Virus record (IMG/VR): IMGVR_UViG_3300020043_007103
Location: 1-36,370 of that record
DNA length: 36,370 nt
Origin: a virus
Taxonomy: Duplodnaviria > Caudoviricetes
Direction: 5' to 3' (one strand)
A model generated the notes under the pieces. It was not told where the DNA came from. It saw only the letters and a list, made by a program, of their open reading frames with translations, and did not search any database. The translations under genes and the position numbers were made by a program. Shown here piece by piece: positions 17,368 through 24,347 of this stretch; the first letter of the stretch is position 1; each line of letters opens with the position of its first letter.

Positions 17368-17769
17368 TTACGGACGGTAGGTCGTAATGAATTGGCCGTT
17401 AAAACCAGTCGGAACCTGGATGCTTAAACCCTGAAACAAGTTAGTATCGAACGTGTACGTGCCAGCCGGAGTGGAAGTCGGGAATACCACAATCGTGGTC
17501 GTTGCTGTGGTCGTCACCGAATCAGTGTCATAGATGGTCAAGCCACCAACTGCCGATGTGCTAACAATGACAACAGAACCGAGCGTGCCAGGAACTGACG
17601 TAATAACGTAGGTGCCAGCGGTTGCACCAACTGCCGTGGTCGTTGCCTGATAGTTGTTACCGATCGATACACTGCCGATCATGTCTGGTTTATTTTCCTT
17701 AGAAACAAAGAATACTAAACCGACTAGGGCCACTACACCGATGAATAAAACAAGAATTTTATTAAACAT
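17368..17769 (-). CDS. Small beta-sandwich protein with N-terminal TM/signal anchor, between terminase and portal
   Basis: MFNKILVLFIGVVALVGLVFFVS followed by a Thr-rich beta domain. Confidence 0.75.
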   Translation of the reverse strand: MFNKILVLFIGVVALVGLVFFVSKENKPDMIGSVSIGNNYQATTTAVGATAGTYVITSVPGTLGSVVIVSTSAVGGLTIYDTDSVTTTATTTIVVFPTSTPAGTYTFDTNLFQGLSIQVPTGFNGQFITTYRP

Positions 17770-17771
17770 AG

Positions 17772-19205
17772 TTATTTACAGCTATTAGTAGCTAAATTTC
17801 TTTTATTCTGTTCAAAACGACGTATCTGTTTCTCGATGACTGGCTGCAAGTTCTCTTGTCCGTAGGCATCCTTCTTCAATTCAAACCACATACGGAAGAT
17901 GATCGAATCACCAATGTCAGGACTTCTACCAAGTGCGATTTTAACTTCGTCTTTCGGTTTGATCTGTAACTTGCCATCCTTGTCCGCATCCTTATGTCGT
18001 AGCAGAGCAGAAAGCTCCTCTAGGATCAGGTCACGATATTCCGGTACCGCGAAGGACAACTTATGTTCATTGATGAGCGATGCCAGCTTGAATGCACATT
18101 GCGTTTTCAGGTTCTTGAAGTTCGTTTTCGGTGCAAAGTCATCGATGTACTTGATTCGTGAAGAGATTTCAGCGAGTGTTGGTAAGGGCGATGAGTTCGC
18201 GACGAATCCTTTGACCCCCGAAAGATGATCGACAACTCCCCCACCAATGCCGTCTTCATCGATAATGATGTTGGACCACGGTATATGCTCGATCGCCGCA
18301 AAATCCTTGATCTTCTGCTCGGTATTGAACGTATCCTGTTTATAAAACTTATCAAGTCGGATAAGTTCCAACCCCTCCCAAAACCCGAACACCGTACTAT
18401 CCCGACCACTACGGGCAACATCAACAGTTAAATATTTTTGATTATCTTTTACGATCGTATTCGAGAACGTATCAGTCAGCGCGTCATAGGTGATGAGACT
18501 ATCTTGATCTTCGTCGTAATCCCATCGTCCCTCGAACAAACGCTGTCTACGGACGCTGTCTTTCTCATTCTTAAGCGTCTCGACATAGTCCTTTGGAAGG
18601 TACGAATTGTCCGTTGCAAATGCTTTAATGAATTTGCGCTGTGGCGGTAATTCGCAATCAATGAACTCCCGTTTCATCCACCCCTTTTTAGGGTTGGCAG
18701 TGATGAGGAGTTTTTTCTTTAGTTTGTATTCATCGTTCTTCCAACGACCGATTGATAACCAAAGGTTAGATTTAGCGGCTTCGGAAACTTCGCCCCCCTC
18801 CTCAATCCATCCTTTAGTCATCTGCATTGAGCCAAAACGCTCGAATAACGGATCAGATGGCTGTTCTTTACAAGCGATCAAGAAAACTTTTGATTTGTTA
18901 TATAACGTGAAAATATTGTATTGGCCATCGAATTTGGCGTAATCCTCAAGCGATAAACCTAGCTTGTTAAATACTTCGTAAATTGTCGGAATCGTGAATT
19001 TGCGCAGGTCAGTCAATTCCTGGCGAGCAATGAAATAATGAGTCTCCGGATAGATCAGAGCATCGTTGAAAATCAGGAATGCACCGAGGAAAGACTTACC
19101 ACCGCCTTTCGCACCACCATACAAAATCTGCTCAGTTACCGAATCATTCCAGTAACGAGCCGCTTCAATTTGCTGTGGAATCTTGGTCTTGAATGTCAGA
19201 ATCAT
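17772..19205 (-). CDS. terL: Terminase large subunit
   Basis: PQQ adenine-binding motif, Walker A YGGAKGGGKS, Walker B WIEEGGE, ITANP coupling motif, nuclease motifs VDVARSGRD and SPDIGDS. Confidence 0.95.
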   Translation of the reverse strand: MILTFKTKIPQQIEAARYWNDSVTEQILYGGAKGGGKSFLGAFLIFNDALIYPETHYFIARQELTDLRKFTIPTIYEVFNKLGLSLEDYAKFDGQYNIFTLYNKSKVFLIACKEQPSDPLFERFGSMQMTKGWIEEGGEVSEAAKSNLWLSIGRWKNDEYKLKKKLLITANPKKGWMKREFIDCELPPQRKFIKAFATDNSYLPKDYVETLKNEKDSVRRQRLFEGRWDYDEDQDSLITYDALTDTFSNTIVKDNQKYLTVDVARSGRDSTVFGFWEGLELIRLDKFYKQDTFNTEQKIKDFAAIEHIPWSNIIIDEDGIGGGVVDHLSGVKGFVANSSPLPTLAEISSRIKYIDDFAPKTNFKNLKTQCAFKLASLINEHKLSFAVPEYRDLILEELSALLRHKDADKDGKLQIKPKDEVKIALGRSPDIGDSIIFRMWFELKKDAYGQENLQPVIEKQIRRFEQNKRNLATNSCK

Positions 19206-19431
19206 CGGATTGAATTACAGTGCCGGTAATCTGTTTGATAATGAACTCCCCCTGGTCTCCCGAACCTTCGTTGATACGCGGTAAAAGAGTCGGAGCAAGT
19301 TTTAACAATAACTGCTTAGAAAATTCTGAATCTGGCTCCTCCTCAAATTGTTTTTTAATTCTTCTCAAACCAAGCTGACGAACTGCCGCAGCCAATACAC
19401 GATCATTCAACGTTTTTCCTCCTTTTGCCAT
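19165..19431 (-). CDS. Probable terminase small subunit
   Basis: 88 aa, immediately upstream of and overlapping terL. Confidence 0.55.
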   Translation of the reverse strand: MAKGGKTLNDRVLAAAVRQLGLRRIKKQFEEEPDSEFSKQLLLKLAPTLLPRINEGSGDQGEFIIKQITGTVIQSDDSDIQDQDSTAN

Positions 19432-19484
19432 ATCAACCTAACTATTTTTTTCCGCTTACTTAACACTTTTTACCACCCTTCTTT

Positions 19485-19808
19485 TTAGATTTCTTCATAC
19501 ATTTCTTTTAATTTCTTACGTCCGATTTTCTTAACATCGTATTCAATAATCTTCTTTACCTGATCCAACCCACCCACGATCAGTGCCCCTCCCTGCTCTT
19601 GCCACTTATCGCGAAAATCCTGTTGGACGGAACTAAGCTTACCCGCAGGCGTTTTCACTTCGATCTGATAAACCTTACCTTGATAGATAGCAGTAATGTC
19701 CGGGACACCGTGGTAAGAGCCTAAGCCTGCCAGGTTGTGGTAGAAGAATGCACCACGTCTACGAAGATAATCTTTAATGTCGAGTTTGATTTTTGTTTCT
19801 TCGGTCAT
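19485..19808 (-). CDS. VRR-NUC (PD-(D/E)XK) nuclease
   Basis: GVPDI...IEVKTPAGKLSSVQ signature; start moved to ATG 19808. Confidence 0.9.
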   Translation of the reverse strand: MTEETKIKLDIKDYLRRRGAFFYHNLAGLGSYHGVPDITAIYQGKVYQIEVKTPAGKLSSVQQDFRDKWQEQGGALIVGGLDQVKKIIEYDVKKIGRKKLKEMYEEI

Positions 19809-19892
19809 AAGTACAGAGGCCAAACCGCTTAAGGAACTAGTCCCTAAGAGAGTTTGCCTCTCCACTCGTGAAAGTGAAAAGGTTAGAAAGTA

Positions 19893-20111
19893 TTAATTAG
19901 GGTATCCTTCGGGATTAGTCAGGCCTTTCGTAGTCCACATAACAACTTCTTCAAGCTTGCTCATGGCAACCGAAAACTCCGAGCTAAGAGCAATTTCATC
20001 GTGTTTCGGAATCAAATCCCACAATTCCTGAGCTTTAACCTTGAACTCCTTAACCTTGGCCTTAGCTTCATCGCTTACAGGCGTATATTCCTGACGAAAT
20101 ACATCGGACAT
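19893..20111 (-). CDS. Acb2/Tad1-like cyclic-nucleotide sponge protein
   Basis: 72-aa helical hairpin: EYTPVSDE..K..K..ELWDLI..EFSVAMSKLEEVVMWTTKGLT matches the family pattern Y..LS..E / RE.SLA.TKLEEAVMWA.K. Confidence 0.75.
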   Translation of the reverse strand: MSDVFRQEYTPVSDEAKAKVKEFKVKAQELWDLIPKHDEIALSSEFSVAMSKLEEVVMWTTKGLTNPEGYPN

Positions 20112-20126
20112 AAATTTAGATTAAAA

Positions 20127-20356
20127 TCAGATGTCGGCAGGCAACTACAGGCTATGAAGCTCATGCGTTGGGGTTGCCGCTGCTACTGGGTGAAGAAGTC
20201 GGAACCTCCCTAGGCGTAGCATGTCGACATCTGAGGCGATAGACTGTCGATCGATACGTCCATCGCCCGAAACTAAGAAGCCCACCCCTAGGTAGGGATG
20301 GGCTTGCCAGATTCTCACACCTTAGCAAGCCTGTCCTAGGCCTAGGGTGAGAATCT
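20127..20356 (-). ncRNA. Highly structured leader/ncRNA upstream of the sponge gene (strand partly uncertain)
   Basis: Multi-stem domain closed by TCAGATGTCG/CGACATCTGA, plus three hairpins: GGCGAT/ATCGCC, AAGCCCA/TGGGCTT and AGATTCTCAC/GTGAGAATCT. Confidence 0.55.
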
Positions 20357-20408
20357 TAATTGTATTGTGTAAGTAGAGTTAATCAATGCTATCTTATGCT
20401 CTGCTACG

Positions 20409-20437
20409 AGTATACGACTATGCGATTATTACGTCAA
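20409..20437 (-). promoter_or_regulatory. Leftward sigma70 promoter
   Basis: TTGACG-17 nt-TATACT on the minus strand. Confidence 0.75.
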
Positions 20438-20446
20438 GGAAAAAAG

Positions 20447-20455
20447 TTATACACA
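20447..20455 (+). promoter_or_regulatory. DnaA box
   Basis: TTATACACA fits the consensus TTWTNCACA. Confidence 0.55.
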
Positions 20456-20625
20456 CTTTTTTTAGCTTGTTTTAGCCACTCAAAAATGAGATTCTTGTTA
20501 TACGGCCCGTAGATGGACGAAAATCAAAAAGACGATACATCATAGCTAATATACATATCACATTGATTATAGACCATTTTAGAACCTATGATTTTCCAAT
20601 CGAAAAAATGATATAAATAATGGAC

Positions 20626-20644
20626 TTATCCCCAGTTATCCACA
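20626..20644 (+). promoter_or_regulatory. Tandem DnaA boxes
   Basis: TTATCCCCA followed by a perfect TTATCCACA. Confidence 0.7.
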
Positions 20645-20653
20645 CTTGAGTAT

Positions 20654-20682
20654 TTGACGAACGTTCGTTGATGATATATAGT
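20654..20682 (+). promoter_or_regulatory. Rightward promoter 1 with palindromic operator
   Basis: TTGACG-17 nt-TATAGT; ACGAACGTTCGT at 20657-20668. Confidence 0.8.
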
Positions 20683-20723
20683 ATCTACATCGAGAGCAGC
20701 TTAGCTCTCAAAACATAACGAAT

Positions 20724-20915
20724 ATGAACGAAGCTAAAATCAAGGTCACCCTCGTAGAAGGAGCCGATGGATTCAACGGCATCAACGTCTACGATCAGGA
20801 CGAGAAGCTTGTCGATCAGATCGCCTATGATGAGACGCTTCCGATAGATGAGCAGTACGATGCAGCCAAAAAAGAAGCTGCCGAAAAATATGAAATCGTC
20901 GAAGAGAATGCGTAA
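20724..20915 (+). CDS. Small acidic early protein
   Basis: 63 aa with 17 D/E versus 6 K; first gene after promoter 1. Confidence 0.8.
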   Translation: MNEAKIKVTLVEGADGFNGINVYDQDEKLVDQIAYDETLPIDEQYDAAKKEAAEKYEIVEENA

Positions 20916-20964
20916 TCCCCCCTACTCCACCCACCACTCGCTGGTGAGTGGGAATAGAGTGGAG

Positions 20965-21001
20965 TTATCCACTTGACACGAACGTTCGTTATAGGTAAGC
21001 T
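20965..21001 (+). promoter_or_regulatory. Rightward promoter 2 with the same operator and a degenerate DnaA box
   Basis: TTATCCACT overlapping TTGACA-17 nt-TAAGCT; ACGAACGTTCGT at 20978-20989. Confidence 0.75.
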
Positions 21002-21025
21002 AAGAGTGTACTTAATGAATTACTT

Positions 21026-21193
21026 ATGGACGAACGAAGTCTCGCCGGAAGCATACTCGGCAAACGCAGTTGGAACAAGAGAAAGAAGACGCAGGGTAGC
21101 GAATACTTTAAAAATATTCGCAAGATCGGCGCAAAAAAACGAGGAGAGAAAATAAAAAAAGAGCCTACCGACTCACCCACTCCCGAACTGTGA
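21026..21193 (+). CDS. 55-aa basic protein, possible DNA-binding regulator
   Basis: Hand translation MDERSLAGSILGKRSWNKRKKTQGSEYFKNIRKIGAKKRGEKIKKEPTDSPTPEL; T-ATG start downstream of promoter 2. Confidence 0.6.
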   Translation: MDERSLAGSILGKRSWNKRKKTQGSEYFKNIRKIGAKKRGEKIKKEPTDSPTPEL

Positions 21194-21315
21194 TATACTG
21201 GACGAAGTACCTTAAAAATTCAAACCAATTTCTAAACTTATTTCGTGATTTATTGAGCGCTTTATTTCTTGGCTAAAGTTGGCGCATAGGAGTTATTATA
21301 CTCAGTTCTTAATAT

Positions 21316-21519
21316 ATGATCAAACCTGAAATTCTAGCGAAAGCCGTTAAATTAGCTCAAAAAGGCCTCTCTACTACCGAAATAAGCGAAAAACTTAACA
21401 TAGATATCCATCAACTTCGTATGTTATTCACTGAACTGCGCAAAGCCAAGATCGAAATCCCGCATAACCGCCGAAGTAAAAAACGCAAATTAATCGAAGA
21501 AACTAAAAAAAGGCTCTAA
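21316..21519 (+). CDS. Helix-turn-helix DNA-binding protein
   Basis: KGLSTTEISEKLNI motif; basic tail. Confidence 0.75.
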   Translation: MIKPEILAKAVKLAQKGLSTTEISEKLNIDIHQLRMLFTELRKAKIEIPHNRRSKKRKLIEETKKRL

Positions 21520-21717
21520 ACAAAGCAGCCCCGTAAGGAGCCGCTTCGTAACCCAGACCAAGTAGATTGTTTTTTGCGAGACCATCTACCTGACCCGTTC
21601 GATCGATAAAAAGTTGTCAGTTCTGACGAACAGAACCATACCAGCTTTTTATTACTTAATAAGCTTAAGTTCCACGGTAACCCATGTCAACGGGTCCTGT
21701 GGATGACTATCACCCCT

Positions 21718-21840
21718 ATGGAAGAAGAAATCAACCAAGCCCAAGAGGCACTCGAAAGAATAGTTGAGTTGCAGAACGAACAAAAAGATCTCTTAGAACA
21801 ACTAATTCTTGACCTAAAAAACCTGTATGGGACGCGTTAA
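21718..21840 (+). CDS. 40-aa coiled-coil peptide
   Basis: MEEEINQAQEALERIVELQNEQKDLLEQLILDLKNLYGTR. Confidence 0.55.
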   Translation: MEEEINQAQEALERIVELQNEQKDLLEQLILDLKNLYGTR

Positions 21841-21946
21841 AGAACAACTTCTCAACGAAGAATTCAGCCGATCGCTGACTACCGATGAATATATCTTCGG
21901 CCGCAAGCGAGAGGATTACGAAGAAGATTATGAGCCAAGCAATTGA
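21827..21946 (+). CDS. 39-aa acidic peptide
   Basis: MGRVKEQLLNEEFSRSLTTDEYIFGRKREDYEEDYEPSN; overlaps both neighbours. Confidence 0.5.
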   Translation: MGRVKEQLLNEEFSRSLTTDEYIFGRKREDYEEDYEPSN

Positions 21947-22130
21947 GTTCGGTACCACGTTCGCCGACGAGATCGGGTTTACCCCGGAGAGATTCGGTAA
22001 GTACACGGTCTTGCACCGCTCGGGTAAACACCTGGAACTCTCGAAAGAATTCCGTGACCCGAAATACCCGGAAGCAATAACGGAAATGCGCAACTTAGCA
22101 CTTCAATACGGTTACGATTTTAAATACTAA
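21930..22130 (+). CDS. Hypothetical protein
   Basis: Track ORF 21885..22130, start moved to T-ATG 21930. Confidence 0.6.
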   Translation: MSQAIEFGTTFADEIGFTPERFGKYTVLHRSGKHLELSKEFRDPKYPEAITEMRNLALQYGYDFKY

Positions 22131-22149
22131 CACCCCTAAAACACCCCAT

Positions 22150-23109
22150 ATGACATTACAACTTCGCAAAGCAGAACGTCGCAAAGCTAAACTCCGCATT
22201 GGTTTCGGTGGCCCTTCAGGATCAGGTAAAACTTTCTCTGCACTACTCCTCGCAAATGGTCTCACTTCTTGGGAAAAAATCGCAGTTATAGACACTGAGA
22301 ATGGATCAGCTGAACTTTATTCTCACCTCGGGCCATATAACGTAATTACGCTTACAGACGATTATGCCCCGGAACGCTATATCGAAGCTATCCATGCGTG
22401 TGAAGCCGCTGGCATGGAAGTCATCATCATCGACTCAATCACGCATGAGTGGGATGGGAAGGGCGGATGTCTTGAGCTGGTTGAGAAGATCACGCAAGCA
22501 AGTACATCTAAAAATTCATATACGTCATGGGCTAAAATCACCCCTCGTCACCAAGCTTTCATTGACGCGATTCTCCAGAGTCCAGCTCATGTCATAACTA
22601 CCGTCCGTAAAAAACAAGACTACGACATGAGCAAAGACGATCGCGGTAAAACGGTCATTACCAAAGTCGGTATGAAAGAGGTTACGCGTGACGGATTTGA
22701 GTATGAATTGACCCTCTCCTTCAACCTCTCACAGAACAATCTCGCTAGTGTCAGCAAAGACCGTACCAACCTCTTCATGAATAAACCCGAATTTACGGTC
22801 ACGCAAGAAACCGGCAAGACGCTTCTGACCTGGACGGAAAGTGGTGCTGAAGCCATCCCCTCTCCTACAATCAATTCTAAGGCCCCTAATAGTTTTGCAC
22901 AGAAGACTTCGACACCTCAGACAGCTCCCCATACCACCCCAGCTAAAAAAACTTGTCCGAACTGCAAAATCGAACATACCGGACAGTACCCCACTTGCTA
23001 CGACTGCTACATGATGAAACGCAATGGGATTACCCCACCCGTGGTTGAGAAGAAACCGGAAATCGTCAGTGAGCAAGAAGTCGATGAGATCGCTAAGCAG
23101 TGGCAATAG
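22150..23109 (+). CDS. Sak4-like AAA (AAA_24) recombination/annealing ATPase with C-terminal CxxC..CxxC motif
   Basis: Walker A GPSGSGKT, IDTE.GS, Walker B IIIDSITHEW, FEYE, KDRT; CPNC...CYDC. Confidence 0.9.
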   Translation: MTLQLRKAERRKAKLRIGFGGPSGSGKTFSALLLANGLTSWEKIAVIDTENGSAELYSHLGPYNVITLTDDYAPERYIEAIHACEAAGMEVIIIDSITHEWDGKGGCLELVEKITQASTSKNSYTSWAKITPRHQAFIDAILQSPAHVITTVRKKQDYDMSKDDRGKTVITKVGMKEVTRDGFEYELTLSFNLSQNNLASVSKDRTNLFMNKPEFTVTQETGKTLLTWTESGAEAIPSPTINSKAPNSFAQKTSTPQTAPHTTPAKKTCPNCKIEHTGQYPTCYDCYMMKRNGITPPVVEKKPEIVSEQEVDEIAKQWQ

Positions 23110-23114
23110 AGACC

Positions 23115-23182
23115 TTCTGGGTCTCTCCCCTACTCTGAGCGCTACGGGGTGTGGTGGCTCGGAGGGAGGGAGAGTCCCGGAG
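23115..23182 (+). other. Long imperfect intergenic hairpin
   Basis: TTCTGGG/CCCGGAG, CTCTCCC/GGGAGAG and CTCTGAGC/GCTCGGAG stems; G-U pairs favour the + strand; no U-tract. Confidence 0.65.
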
Positions 23183-23220
23183 AGAGGGATTTACCTCGAT
23201 TTAAAAATTAATCTTGCCCT

Positions 23221-23997
23221 ATGCAAGCATTCAAAGGAGACAAAAAATTAAAGAAATTATTACTCGACGAAATTATTCGTCACCGTAAAGCTGACCTTCT
23301 TCGCCAAGGAGCTTACAAGACCGAAATTGACGGTAAATTCAGGTTCTGCGCAGTAGGTTGCGCCATCGAAACCATGAACGTAAAGCTCGGTAAAGATTAT
23401 AGCAATGGAGATCACGGCGCTTACGAAAAAGAGTTAGAAATTCCGCGTCAACTAGCTTATTTAGAAGATCGAATATTTGAAAATCTTCCCAAAGAAAAAG
23501 CCATGATGTGGCCCGAGCAGTTTATCGCTGCGATTCCGGTTGGCGCTAATCTTACAATGGTCATGCCAAAACTCATGCTCTGGATCATGGATGATGTCAA
23601 AAAATTCGCCAAGAAAAGTCCGGAAGTTCTCAAGGTGATTGCAACAGTACGCGAATTGTACCGGAAAAAAATAAAGGGAGAAATCATTAAGAACGAAGAG
23701 TGGATCTCGGCCCGCGACGCCGCCTACGCCGCCGCCTACGCCGCCTACGACGCCGCCTACGCCGCCTACGCCGCCGCCGACGCCGCCTACGCCGCCTACG
23801 CCGCCGCCTACGCCGCCTACGCCGCCACCGACGCCGCCTACGCCGCCGCCGACGCCGCCTACGCCGCCACCGACGCCGCCTACGCCGCCACCGACGCCGC
23901 CTACGCCGCCGCTCGAAAACAACAATGGATTAGAACGTCCAAACAACTAATATTTTTACTTGAAAGTTCTAAGAAAGCGGCTAAAAAGAAGAAATAA
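23221..23997 (+). CDS. Phage protein with an Ala-rich (AAYAA/AADAA) repeat
   Basis: CAVGC motif, LEDRIFENLP, then about 65 residues of A/Y/D/T repeat. Confidence 0.85.
   Translation: MQAFKGDKKLKKLLLDEIIRHRKADLLRQGAYKTEIDGKFRFCAVGCAIETMNVKLGKDYSNGDHGAYEKELEIPRQLAYLEDRIFENLPKEKAMMWPEQFIAAIPVGANLTMVMPKLMLWIMDDVKKFAKKSPEVLKVIATVRELYRKKIKGEIIKNEEWISARDAAYAAAYAAYDAAYAAYAAADAAYAAYAAAYAAYAATDAAYAAADAAYAATDAAYAATDAAYAAARKQQWIRTSKQLIFLLESSKKAAKKKK
23710..23910 (+). repeat. GC-rich coding tandem repeat
   Basis: Built almost entirely from GCC, TAC, GAC and ACC codons; GCCGCCACCGACGCCGCCTAC occurs three times. Confidence 0.95.
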
Positions 23998-24082
23998 CGA
24001 TTATTCTCTGGCCTATTCCAGACGCCATAACACGGCTACGACTCCCACAAGGGGCGGCTTACATGGCACACGGCTAGGCTGG

Positions 24083-24205
24083 CACTGAACACTTCGGTGT
24101 CCGGTGGGGAGGATGTATGGAAGGAGGCGTCCTTTCCATGGCTCTCCCCACGGGATACTGCCAAGTATTCCGATCCTCTCCTTCGGGGCTTTAGGGCCCC
24201 GAGAA
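24083..24205 (+). ncRNA. Structured RNA segment upstream of the tRNA-like element
   Basis: ACAC-TTCG-GTGT tetraloop hairpin, GTGGGGAG/CTCCCCAC stem, GGGATACT/AGTATTCC and CGGGGC/GCCCCG hairpins. Confidence 0.5.
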
Positions 24206-24321
24206 GCTCAAGTAGCCAAACGGTAAAGGCCGACGATATTACTTATGTCTACTCGTCGAATGATCACGATGGCGGCGCCGCCAAAATGATCTTGCAGGTT
24301 CGATTCCTGCCTTGAGCACCA
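24206..24321 (+). tRNA. Atypical tRNA-like RNA (no assignable anticodon)
   Basis: Acceptor GCTCAAG/CTTGAGC plus A-CCA; U8-A9; D arm GCC-AAACGGTAAA-GGC; T arm GCAGG-TTCGATT-CCTGC; stem GACGA/TCGTC with a 16-nt loop; variable region of about 36 nt. Confidence 0.75.
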
Positions 24322-24347
24322 GGTTAGCTAACCAACAATTCAACTAT

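Noticed and set aside
20657-20668. LexA (Cheo) box interpretation of ACGAACGTTCGT
   Set aside because: The Gram-positive SOS box is GAAC-N4-GTTC; here the half-sites have no spacer.
20973-21155. Track ORF starting at TTG 20973
   Set aside because: Its start is the -35 hexamer of promoter 2; frame 21026..21193 fits better.
23461-23946. Poly-Arg (+) and Gly-Gly-Val (-) ORFs; CRISPR or DGR interpretation of the repeat
   Set aside because: These are alternative frames of a stop-free tandem repeat. There are no unique spacers, cas genes, reverse transcriptase or TR/VR pair.
24206-24321. tmRNA, tRNA-Sec or suppressor tRNA identity
   Set aside because: No G3-U70 pair or tag ORF, no UCA anticodon or 8-bp acceptor stem, and no canonical 7-nt loop from which to read an anticodon.
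24097-24347. ORF 24097..24315 and the 24312 start of the initiator
   Set aside because: Both overlap the structured/tRNA-like RNA and use non-ATG starts; ATG 24348 is preferred.
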